The position numbers were made by a program, and so were the translations under genes. This document shows positions 7,241-15,393 of a DNA stretch of 50,103 bases, in pieces (the stretch's first letter is position 1; each line of letters opens with the position of its first letter). This DNA comes from a virus (Duplodnaviria; Caudoviricetes). The notes below the pieces were generated by a model. That model was given only the letters and a program-made list of their open reading frames with translations. It had not been told where the DNA came from and did no database searches. The stretch lies in IMG/VR virus record IMGVR_UViG_3300000956_000071, positions 1 to 50,103 of that record. One strand, given 5' to 3'.

Positions 7241-8652
7241 TGGCTACTCAATATGACTCACTAGTAGATGATCTACTGACCGAGCTGAATGGTAAGCAGG
7301 GTGAACTAGAAGAGAACCAGGCTTATTTTGACGCTACATGGCGTCTGAGGGCCCTTGGGTTGTCAACCCCGCCTGAAATGCGCTTCCTGACGGCCGCCGT
7401 AGGCTGGCCTGCCATGTACATTCAGTCGCTTGAAGAGCGGTTGGACGTGGAAGATTTCCGGATGGGTGACGAATCCCAGGGTGACGACCGACTACGTGAC
7501 TGGTGGCAGGCAAATCTGCTGGATGTGGAATCAGGCCCAGGACATACAGAGGCCCTGGTCCATGGTATCGCGTACGTTACCGTGTCAGCACCCAACGAGG
7601 ACATCGGCGAAGACCCATCTATCCCGATCATAAGGCTGGAAAGCCCGTTCAATTTCATTGCCAAGCAGAACTACCGAACTCGTAAGGTCAAGAATGCTCT
7701 GAGGGTATACGAAGACCCAGAGATCCCCAACGAGAAGTATGTAGCGCTGTATCTCCCCAATGAGACCGTGTACCTAGGACAGTCCAAGAACCAGTCTTCA
7801 CAGTGGTTCATTGACTACCGGGTGCAGCATGATCTAGACCGAGTTCTTGTGTCACCTTTGGCTAACAGGGCTCGGATTCACGAGTGGTGTGGTAGGTCTG
7901 AGATTTCCAGGGAACTCAGGTCCGCAACCGATGCCGCTTCGCGAATCATGATGAATTTGCAGTCTGCTGCTGAGCTTATGGCCATCCCACAGCGAATTCT
8001 ATTCGGTGTATCCGAGGAAGATTTCCCGGTGGATGTCTCTCAGCCAGGTGCCGCAATGGAAGCCTATATGGCTCGAATCATGGCCTTCGGAAATGAGGGC
8101 GGCAAGGCAACTCAGTTCCAGTCAGCCGATCTGCGAAACTATGTAGAGGCTCTTCAGGAGCTGGCCAAGCAAGTAGCTTCTTACACTGGTCTTCCTCCGC
8201 AGTATCTGTCTTTCTCTTCTGAAAACCCGGCGTCTGCTGAGGCCATCAAGTCCTCTGAGTCCAGGCTGGTCAAGAAGGTAGAACGAAAGGCACGGCTGTT
8301 TGGGCAGGCATGGGAAGAGGCTATGCGTCTAGGCATGCTGGTAATCGATGGATCTATTCCACAGGATGCCTTCAAGCTAGAAACCGTATGGCGTGATCCA
8401 TCTACTCCTACTTTTGCTGCTAAGTCTGACGGAATCACCAAGCTACACCAGCAGGGAATCATCCCGACCGAACAGGCCCGGATTGATCTCGGTTACTCCG
8501 ACATTCAGCGTAAGGAAATGGACAAGATGGATAAGTCCGATCCTGTGTCTCAGTTGAACCAGCTCCTGTTCACCCAGGAAGCCACTCAGCAGGGACTAGA
8601 TAACCAGAAGAACAGCAATGCAGCTAAGTCAGTACAGCCGCGCTCAGCGTAG
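7240..8652 (+). CDS. Portal protein
   Basis: GRSEI, NPASAEAI, WRDPSTPT motifs of L5 gp14/SPP1-type portals; follows terminase. Confidence 0.92.
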   Translation: MATQYDSLVDDLLTELNGKQGELEENQAYFDATWRLRALGLSTPPEMRFLTAAVGWPAMYIQSLEERLDVEDFRMGDESQGDDRLRDWWQANLLDVESGPGHTEALVHGIAYVTVSAPNEDIGEDPSIPIIRLESPFNFIAKQNYRTRKVKNALRVYEDPEIPNEKYVALYLPNETVYLGQSKNQSSQWFIDYRVQHDLDRVLVSPLANRARIHEWCGRSEISRELRSATDAASRIMMNLQSAAELMAIPQRILFGVSEEDFPVDVSQPGAAMEAYMARIMAFGNEGGKATQFQSADLRNYVEALQELAKQVASYTGLPPQYLSFSSENPASAEAIKSSESRLVKKVERKARLFGQAWEEAMRLGMLVIDGSIPQDAFKLETVWRDPSTPTFAAKSDGITKLHQQGIIPTEQARIDLGYSDIQRKEMDKMDKSDPVSQLNQLLFTQEATQQGLDNQKNSNAAKSVQPRSA

Positions 8653-9427
8653 CATTACGTCTAGGGCTGTTCAGCTAATTCTGCAACTTCTGTTTCCGTA
8701 CCGAGGCGTCCCCCTTACATCAACATCCTGGCGATTCATTGTGAGGGGGATGTTCCCAATCGTAGATACCGCCCGGCGCGAGTCTGCGATGTTGATGCGC
8801 GAGTATTACGACTCTCAGCGTAGGGAACACTTCGGAAACGATGATTACGACCTTGACCTGCCATCCTATGACATCGCGTGGCTAGAAGAATCCTTGCGCC
8901 CTGTGTTCAAGGAAGCCCGTGTGATTGACCTGGACGATGGGAAGGTTGTTGAGACTGCTCTTCGAGTGGCCAAGGAAGTTGAGAATGGTGGCCGTCGTAT
9001 GGCGCTCAATGCGGTGCGTGGAGAAACCCGCCGTGTTGGGTTTGCAAGGGTGGCTACGGGTCGTGAGACCTGCGCGTTCTGCCTGATGCTGGTGTCCCGT
9101 GGGCCTGTCTATAAGACGGAGCTCAAGGCAGGGGCCAAGCATGAAGGCGCTGCTGAGATTCTAGAGACTCGGAATGATTTTTCCGACGAAGAACTTGATG
9201 ACTTGATGACCAGGTGGCACCCGGGGTGTGACTGCAAGGTGGTTCCTGTCTTTGACCAGAACAACTGGCAGGGATACGACGACTGGAAGCGCATGGAAAA
9301 GATTTGGGCTGACTACACCAAGGGCTTTTCGGGTGCCAGGTTTACCAAGAACGACAAACTAAATGCTTTCCGGCGTGCGATCGAGCGTGGAGAAGTAAAC
9401 CCCGCTGAGTTTGCAGCCGCTGCTTAA
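8618..9427 (+). CDS. Capsid maturation protein (L5 gp15-like)
   Basis: ARVATGRETCAFCLMLVSRGPVY and WHPGCDCKVVPV. Confidence 0.85.
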   Translation: MQLSQYSRAQRSITSRAVQLILQLLFPYRGVPLTSTSWRFIVRGMFPIVDTARRESAMLMREYYDSQRREHFGNDDYDLDLPSYDIAWLEESLRPVFKEARVIDLDDGKVVETALRVAKEVENGGRRMALNAVRGETRRVGFARVATGRETCAFCLMLVSRGPVYKTELKAGAKHEGAAEILETRNDFSDEELDDLMTRWHPGCDCKVVPVFDQNNWQGYDDWKRMEKIWADYTKGFSGARFTKNDKLNAFRRAIERGEVNPAEFAAAA

Positions 9428-9472
9428 CGCTCCCTGGCGGAACGTTACTACTAACATATCCCAGGAGGATAA

Positions 9473-9961
9473 ATGTCCGACGACAACAAGACTGACGACG
9501 TTACTAAGCCAGACCAGAACACCGACGCCATCCCGGATTGGGTTCGTAAGTCCCTTTCCGAGGCGAACAGTGAGGCTGCTAAGTACCGCGTCAAGGCCCA
9601 GACCGCTGCTGAAGAGGCAAAGGCCGAAGTCACTGCGTCATTTACCGACCAGATCAAGAGTCTGTCGGATGAAAAGTCTGCCGTTCTGGCAGAACGTGAT
9701 ACCGCAGCCAGCAACTACACCAAGCTGATTGCGGCTCTCGAAGCCGGTGTTCCAGGTGATACGGCTGTCGAGTTTGCTGCACTTCTCCAGGGAAGCAACG
9801 CCGATGAATACAAGGCGCATGCGGAGAAGCTGAAGGGCATGTTTGGCACCCCTGCCAAGCAGAAGGCTGTAGACCACACTGCCGGATTCAACGGCAAGTC
9901 AGACGTGGCTCCAGAAGACGCCTTTGCAGCACTTTTCCAGTCTAGGCTCACCAACAAGTAA
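9473..9961 (+). CDS. Scaffolding protein
   Basis: PDWVR..LSEAN.EAAKYRV coiled coil; directly before MCP. Confidence 0.85.
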   Translation: MSDDNKTDDVTKPDQNTDAIPDWVRKSLSEANSEAAKYRVKAQTAAEEAKAEVTASFTDQIKSLSDEKSAVLAERDTAASNYTKLIAALEAGVPGDTAVEFAALLQGSNADEYKAHAEKLKGMFGTPAKQKAVDHTAGFNGKSDVAPEDAFAALFQSRLTNK

Positions 9962-9970
9962 GGAACACTA

Positions 9971-10969
9971 ATGGCAATGCTAAACGAACTCGCTCCGAAT
10001 ACGAGCGAGAACCACCAGGGACGTCTTGCGTACGTTCCTGATGACCTCCTACCCAAGACCATTACCAATGAGATGTTTGCCAAGGCCCAGGAGAACTCAC
10101 TTGTTCTTCGTCTGGGTCGCCGCATTCCGGTCTCATTCGGTGAGACTGTTATCCCGGTAAACATCAAGCGTCCTGAGGTTGGCCAGGTTGGTACTGGTAC
10201 GACCAACGCACAGCGTGAAGGTGGCACTAAGCCGCTGACTGGTGTGGCGTGGGACAGCAAGGTAATGCAGCCGATCAAGCTTGCGACTATCGTTACTGTT
10301 TCTGAGGAATTTGCCCGCACTAACCCGCAGGGCTTCTACTCTCAGCTTCAGTCTGACCTGGCGTTTGCGATTGGTCGCGGTATTGACCTGGCGGTATTCC
10401 ACGGAAAGCAGCCTCTGACCGGTGCTGCGCTTCAGGGCATTGACTCGTCTAACGTCCTGAACAACACCACGAAGATTGTCAACACCGACACTTCGACCAC
10501 CAACAACCTGTATGACGAACTGATCGCGGCTTACTCACTGGTAACTGCTGATGACTTCGACTTCGACGGTTGGGCCGTGGACACTCGGTTCCGTCCTCGT
10601 CTGATCCAGGAAGGTGCGGAGCGTGACGTTAACGGTAACCTGGTTAACCCGCTTGGCCTTTCCCTGAACGGCACCGTGGGTAACATCCTCGGCTTCCAGG
10701 CTCAGTACGGCAAGGCTGTACGTGGTGACCTTGGTGCGGCTACTGCGACTACCACTCAGATGATTGGTGGAGAATTCCAGCAGCTTGCGTGGGGCTTTGC
10801 GGATAACATCCGATACAAGATCTCTGACCAGGCTACGCTGACTGATGGTACCAACACCATCTCGATGTGGCAGACCAACCAGGTCGCGCTGCTTGTTGAG
10901 TGCACCTTCGGTTGGGTTGTAAATGACCTGGACGCCTTCGTGAAGGTGATCAACCCATCGGGTAGCTAA
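9971..10969 (+). CDS. Major capsid protein (HK97 fold)
   Basis: P.KLATIVTVSEE, WQTNQVA..E..FGW motifs; position. Confidence 0.92.
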   Translation: MAMLNELAPNTSENHQGRLAYVPDDLLPKTITNEMFAKAQENSLVLRLGRRIPVSFGETVIPVNIKRPEVGQVGTGTTNAQREGGTKPLTGVAWDSKVMQPIKLATIVTVSEEFARTNPQGFYSQLQSDLAFAIGRGIDLAVFHGKQPLTGAALQGIDSSNVLNNTTKIVNTDTSTTNNLYDELIAAYSLVTADDFDFDGWAVDTRFRPRLIQEGAERDVNGNLVNPLGLSLNGTVGNILGFQAQYGKAVRGDLGAATATTTQMIGGEFQQLAWGFADNIRYKISDQATLTDGTNTISMWQTNQVALLVECTFGWVVNDLDAFVKVINPSGS

Positions 10970-10975
10970 TTTGTA

Positions 10976-11043
10976 GGGGGAGGTTCCAACACGGGGCGTT
11001 GGATTAAAGGCACAGCCACAGTCGCCTTCCTCTCTTCATCTTT
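10976..11043 (+). terminator. Probable terminator or attenuator after MCP
   Basis: GGGGGAGG...CCTTCCTCTC enclosing TCCAAC..GTTGGA, pyrimidine-rich tail. Confidence 0.4.
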
Positions 11044-11054
11044 TAGGGACCGCC

Positions 11055-12023
11055 ATGAAGATTGCAGTATTTCCACACTTCTATATTCCGTATCGTAATG
11101 CGGGCTCTGAAACCATGCTGCACGCCATGTGCAAGCGACTTATCGAGGCAGGACATGAGGTTGTTGTGTGGGCAACCGTCCTCCCCGAGGCTCCTCCTTA
11201 CTATGAGTACGAGGGAGTTCCGGTCTATGTGACCAACGTGGTGTATGGGCGTCAGCAGATCAAGGCATGGAAGCCTGATGTGATTGTGTCCCACCACGAC
11301 AACACTCAGAGGGCAGCCAGGATCTCTGCGGATCTGGGTATCCCGTTTGTGTTCATCATGCACAACGACTTTCTGGCCAACCAAGAGCTACTCACCCTGA
11401 AGCCGGACTTGACTGTCTTCAATACCGAGTGGATCCGAGCCAAGTTTGACCATGTGGTGAATCGGTCCATGGTTCTGCACCCTCCTGTGTGGGCACATGA
11501 ACACGCCACTACTCCGGGTGACATGATCACCTTGGTTAACCTGAATGAGCATAAGGGCGCTCGTATTTTCTACGAGATGGCCAAGCGCTTTCCTGACGAG
11601 AAGTTCCTTGGGGTAGTGGGAGGACATGGAGATCAGATCATTGATGACTCCTTGCCCAACGTTACTATTCAACCTCAGACGGCCAACATGAAGGATGATG
11701 TGTGGGCTCGGACGAGGGTTCTTCTCATGCCCAGCATCTATGAGTCTTATGGCATGGCCGGGGTTGAGGCATTGGCTTCTGGTATCCCTGTCGTGGCACA
11801 CCCCACATCGGGGCTGAAAGAGTCACAGGGACCTTTTGGGCTGTTCCTGGATAGAGGAGACCTGAACGCATGGGAAAACACGCTCCTGAGGCTGTCAGAC
11901 CCCAAAGAGTGGCATACAGCATCTGTGCTGGCAAAGAAACGTTCACAAGAGCTTGATCCAGCCCCTGAACTCGATCGCTGGGTCGAGGAAGTAGAGAGGC
12001 TATCAAGTGGCAAGGCTAACTAA
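11055..12023 (+). CDS. Glycosyltransferase family 4 (GT-B)
   Basis: N-terminal AGSE...GHEV; LLMPSIYESYGMAGVEALASGIPVV (EX7E). Confidence 0.9.
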   Translation: MKIAVFPHFYIPYRNAGSETMLHAMCKRLIEAGHEVVVWATVLPEAPPYYEYEGVPVYVTNVVYGRQQIKAWKPDVIVSHHDNTQRAARISADLGIPFVFIMHNDFLANQELLTLKPDLTVFNTEWIRAKFDHVVNRSMVLHPPVWAHEHATTPGDMITLVNLNEHKGARIFYEMAKRFPDEKFLGVVGGHGDQIIDDSLPNVTIQPQTANMKDDVWARTRVLLMPSIYESYGMAGVEALASGIPVVAHPTSGLKESQGPFGLFLDRGDLNAWENTLLRLSDPKEWHTASVLAKKRSQELDPAPELDRWVEEVERLSSGKAN

Positions 12024-12174
12024 TGGCCGTGTGATCATGGAAGTACGTGATGACAAGGCTGAGCACTACGCCCTAATGACGGGCTACAAGATTATCCACG
12101 ATGAACCCCAGGAGCCAGAGCCGGTTATTCCCGAGCCTCGCAAGCCTAGGGGACGACCAAAGAAGGCGAGTTAA
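12007..12174 (+). CDS. 55-aa protein with C-terminal AT-hook (RKPRGRPKK)
   Basis: ORF read manually (GTG start; TAATG overlap with next gene); position of L5 gp18-like genes. Confidence 0.6.
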   Translation: MARLTNGRVIMEVRDDKAEHYALMTGYKIIHDEPQEPEPVIPEPRKPRGRPKKAS

Positions 12175-12392
12175 TGAAGTCTGCTCCGATCAAGGGTTAC
12201 CGTGATCTTTCAGAGGCTGAGGTAAATCTCATCAATGAGCTGAAGGAACTAGCGGTAGTTGTAGGCAACACGGTTGAAGAGGTTTTCGCACGAGACGAGT
12301 CAGATAAGCGCTGGGCGGCTATCGCGCGCACCGACCTTCAGACTGGATTCATGGCGCTGATTCGGGCGATTGCCAAGCCAGAAACGTTCTAA
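12174..12392 (+). CDS. acb2: Anti-CBASS Acb2-family cyclic-nucleotide sponge
   Basis: IKGYRDLSE.E..L.N..K and RW.AIARTDLQTGFMALIRAIAKPETF match the Acb2 N- and C-terminal signatures as I recall them. Confidence 0.85.
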   Translation: MKSAPIKGYRDLSEAEVNLINELKELAVVVGNTVEEVFARDESDKRWAAIARTDLQTGFMALIRAIAKPETF

Positions 12393-12401
12393 GGAGGCCT
12401 A

Positions 12402-12893
12402 ATGGCGTACGCAACTGTAGCAGACGTTGAGGCGCGTCTAGGTCGTACGCTAGATGCCTCAGAGTCTCAGATCGTTAGCACTCGTCTGAACGACATCGAA
12501 CTGATGATCAGGTATCGCATTCCAGACCTGGATACTAAGGTGTCCACCGGTGATATTGATCCGCAGATTGTGGTCATGGTGGAATGTGATGCCATCCTCA
12601 GGTTGATTAGAAACCCAGACGGTTTCACCGCAGAGACTGATGGTAACTACTCGTACCAGATCTCTTCTGAAGTAGCATCAGGCAAGCTGGACATCCTCCC
12701 CAATGAATGGGCAATGCTGGGTATCAAGTCGGGGGCTTTCACTATTAGGCCTTCACTTGAGCCCTACTACAACAACTGCCCCTACCCTTGGGAGAATGTA
12801 CACCGCCCTTTTGCTGATTTCCCGGCGTGGGATAGGACCGCTCACCCTGAATGGTGTGAGTTCGTGACGGGAGATATCAAGTGTCCTTGCTAG
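12402..12893 (+). CDS. Head-to-tail adaptor
   Basis: MAYATVADV..RLGR; RNPDGF..ETDGNYSY (L5 gp19-like). Confidence 0.88.
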   Translation: MAYATVADVEARLGRTLDASESQIVSTRLNDIELMIRYRIPDLDTKVSTGDIDPQIVVMVECDAILRLIRNPDGFTAETDGNYSYQISSEVASGKLDILPNEWAMLGIKSGAFTIRPSLEPYYNNCPYPWENVHRPFADFPAWDRTAHPEWCEFVTGDIKCPC

Positions 12894-13237
12894 ATAAGGG
12901 TCGAGAAAGCATCGTCCTCTACAACGAGGAAGCGTATACCGATCCAGACGGCAACCCATCCAGGCGTGCCAGTGCAACCGGCGTGACCGTTAACAACTGT
13001 GTGGTACAGCTAGCCGCCCAGTCAGGCACTTCACAGCGTCGTGAAGAACAGGACAACGAAGGGTTCGAGTCGGAACAGACTTACCGCTTGAGGCCTCCTA
13101 GGTCATTCACCACGGTTATCGGAATGATGGCCAAGGTGCAGTGGCGTGGGGAAATGTGGTCTGTAGTCGGCAAGGTGAAGAGGTATAACGGCTCTAACCG
13201 AACCGCACATATGGATTACATGATCAGGCGTAACTGA
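12881..13237 (+). CDS. Head-to-tail stopper
   Basis: MSLLD...D.DGN...YRLR..R motifs; position. Confidence 0.8.
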   Translation: MSLLDKGRESIVLYNEEAYTDPDGNPSRRASATGVTVNNCVVQLAAQSGTSQRREEQDNEGFESEQTYRLRPPRSFTTVIGMMAKVQWRGEMWSVVGKVKRYNGSNRTAHMDYMIRRN

Positions 13238-13557
13238 TGGCCAATAAGATTACGCTTATTCCACAGCGTGATATGTCTAAGCATCTTGCTTTGGATGACA
13301 AGGTTCAGGCACACCTGAGGTCTCACGCCCAGAAGATTGCAGCCCGTGCACGTGGACTGCTTGCTATTCACCGAAAGACCGGCGAGCACACTGTCCAGTA
13401 CGAAGGGCACGTCTCCCAGAAGTATGGCCACATTGACCACTTTGTAGTGATGGAAGGCCGCGCGGCTGCAAGTGTTGAGTTCGGGCACTTCACCGAAAAC
13501 GGAAGATGGGTAATGGGCTTGTATATCCTGACCATCGCCTCTGGAATGTTCGAGTAA
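13237..13557 (+). CDS. Neck or tail-completion protein (L5 gp21-like)
   Basis: A.SVEFGH...GLYILT motif; position. Confidence 0.7.
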   Translation: MANKITLIPQRDMSKHLALDDKVQAHLRSHAQKIAARARGLLAIHRKTGEHTVQYEGHVSQKYGHIDHFVVMEGRAAASVEFGHFTENGRWVMGLYILTIASGMFE

Positions 13558-13566
13558 AGGATTCGT

Positions 13567-13977
13567 ATGGTAGTTCGTAATATGCCTCGAATCCAGGAAG
13601 TGCTTCTACCTATCCTAAAGGCCGGGCTGCCTGGAGTTCAGGTAGTTTCCTGGGTTCCAGACATCGAGGATCGACAGTTCCCCATCGTCGGAGTACGGCG
13701 TTTGGGAGGCCTTCCAGAAGACGTGAACCTACTGGACAAGCCGGTAGTAGAGCTCACCGTGTACTCGGCGGATGGCCTGGTTGCGTGTGAAAACCTCATG
13801 CTGGACGTTCGGCAGGTTGTTTACAACGCGTGGAAGAATCAGACAGTTGTCCCTGATAAGGGGCATATCAGTTCATATTTTGAAACCCTAGGTCCTACCC
13901 AGTTTGACTCCCCCTTTGACGACACCTGGCGAGTTCAGATGCTGGTGCAACTAGGGCTACGACCACCAAGGAATTAA
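13567..13977 (+). CDS. Tail terminator
   Basis: MPRIQ.V.LPIL...TWRVQ.L..LG.RPPR; directly before major tail. Confidence 0.8.
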   Translation: MVVRNMPRIQEVLLPILKAGLPGVQVVSWVPDIEDRQFPIVGVRRLGGLPEDVNLLDKPVVELTVYSADGLVACENLMLDVRQVVYNAWKNQTVVPDKGHISSYFETLGPTQFDSPFDDTWRVQMLVQLGLRPPRN

Positions 13978-13991
13978 GGAGTTAGCCCTAA

Positions 13992-14570
13992 ATGGCACTC
14001 AATGACAATGCGGTTTTGACTCCGGCGGTAGGGTACATCTACGTAGCCGCAGTTGACACTGCTTCACCTACCCCGGCGGCTATCGAGGCCTTTGACCCGG
14101 ATGTCGGCATCGTCGGCTGGACTCAGCTTGGACACACCTCGCGTGATGACCTACCCGTGTTCGGCTTTGATGGCGGAGACCAGGAAACTCGTGGGTCTTG
14201 GCAGAACGCATCGCTTAAGCGTGTCGTAACTGAGGTAGCACAGGACTTCGTTACGTTCAACGCCCTACAGCTCGACGAAACTATTCTTTCGTACTACTAC
14301 GGCGTTACTAATCCAGGTTCTACTGTTGGAAAGTTCGACGTAGCAGACGCTTCAACGGCGGGTATTGACACCGCACTTCTGATTGTGATCGTTGATGGAG
14401 ATGCCACTATCGGTTTCCATGCATCCAAGGTGACTATCAGCCGTGAGGATTCAATTGAACTGGCCATTGACGAGTTCGTGTCGGTTCCACTTCGTGCTTC
14501 GATTCTGAAGTCTGGCTCCAACCCACTGTTCTCGTGGCTGTCTTACGACACCGGCGTCAACCTGACGTAA
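13992..14570 (+). CDS. Major tail protein
   Basis: MALND.AVLT..VGY; GHTSR.DLP.FGFDGGD (L5 gp23-like). Confidence 0.92.
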   Translation: MALNDNAVLTPAVGYIYVAAVDTASPTPAAIEAFDPDVGIVGWTQLGHTSRDDLPVFGFDGGDQETRGSWQNASLKRVVTEVAQDFVTFNALQLDETILSYYYGVTNPGSTVGKFDVADASTAGIDTALLIVIVDGDATIGFHASKVTISREDSIELAIDEFVSVPLRASILKSGSNPLFSWLSYDTGVNLT

Positions 14571-14576
14571 TTGCTT

Positions 14577-14622
14577 GAGGGGGTGTAATTCCTGGCGGAC
14601 CCTGTTACACCCCCTCTTTTTC
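14577..14622 (+). terminator. Intrinsic terminator after major tail gene
   Basis: GAGGGGGTGTAA ... TTACACCCCCTC followed by TTTTT. Confidence 0.75.
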
Positions 14623-14662
14623 TTGTTTAAGGGTCCACATAAACTTATTGAAAGGGTTCGCC

Positions 14663-15001
14663 ATGACCAACGAATTTACTCTAGACGACCTGAACACCGC
14701 ACTTGAGAAGAAGTACGGTCCCTTCGTGTTTTCTGTAGGCAAGGAGAAGTTTGTACTTCAGCAGATCCTTCGCCTGCCCAAGGAGACTCGTCAGATTGTC
14801 AAGGCTCAGCTAGAGCTTCTGGACAACAAGAAGAATGAACTCGACGAAGACGAGATGCTTGCCATTCTCAAGGCCGTTGTAGAGAACGTCATTGAGGGCG
14901 ACAAGGCAGAGCGTCTGTTTGAGCTGCTGGACAATGACCTTGTTAAGGTCACCATTCTGTTCGAGAAGTGGGCGGAGCGCACTCAGGCGGGGGAAGCCTA
15001 A
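14663..15001 (+). CDS. Tail assembly chaperone (G)
   Basis: FTLDDL....KKY start; ends ..TQAGEA over slippery GGGGGAA. Confidence 0.85.
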   Translation: MTNEFTLDDLNTALEKKYGPFVFSVGKEKFVLQQILRLPKETRQIVKAQLELLDNKKNELDEDEMLAILKAVVENVIEGDKAERLFELLDNDLVKVTILFEKWAERTQAGEA

Positions 15002-15390
15002 TCCTCGCTGGCCTTATCGACAAGGCTGGTGAGGCAATCTATCAGGATTTTCGGGAGGTGTACAACGTCAACCTAATCGACGAGATCAGGGACGATACAC
15101 CTCCTCTGGAACTGCTCATGCTTATTCGAGGACTCAAGCTGGGTTCTCGCTTCGTTTCTACCCTTCAGGGAAGTGCGGAGTTTGTTGGGTGGGATGCTCC
15201 CGCATACCAGATGGCCACGTTGATTGACGCGGTGAATTACACCACCTTCGCGGTTATCGCTGCGAACTCAAAGCGTAAGCCCAAGGAACCAAAGCCATCA
15301 TACCGTCCTAAGAAGGACGGCCGTAAGGCCAACAACGCATTTGCAACTCAACTCAAGCTCGCAAAAGAACGAAAGGCTAGGGGAGGTTAA
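14968..15390 (+). CDS. Tail assembly chaperone frameshift extension (GT)
   Basis: Overlaps G in the -1 frame; precedes tape measure. Confidence 0.8.
   Translation: MGGAHSGGGSLILAGLIDKAGEAIYQDFREVYNVNLIDEIRDDTPPLELLMLIRGLKLGSRFVSTLQGSAEFVGWDAPAYQMATLIDAVNYTTFAVIAANSKRKPKEPKPSYRPKKDGRKANNAFATQLKLAKERKARGG
14989..14995 (+). other. -1 programmed frameshift site GGGGGAA
   Basis: Downstream ORF (to 15390) lies in the -1 frame; L5-type slippery site. Confidence 0.85.
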
Positions 15391-15393
15391 CCC

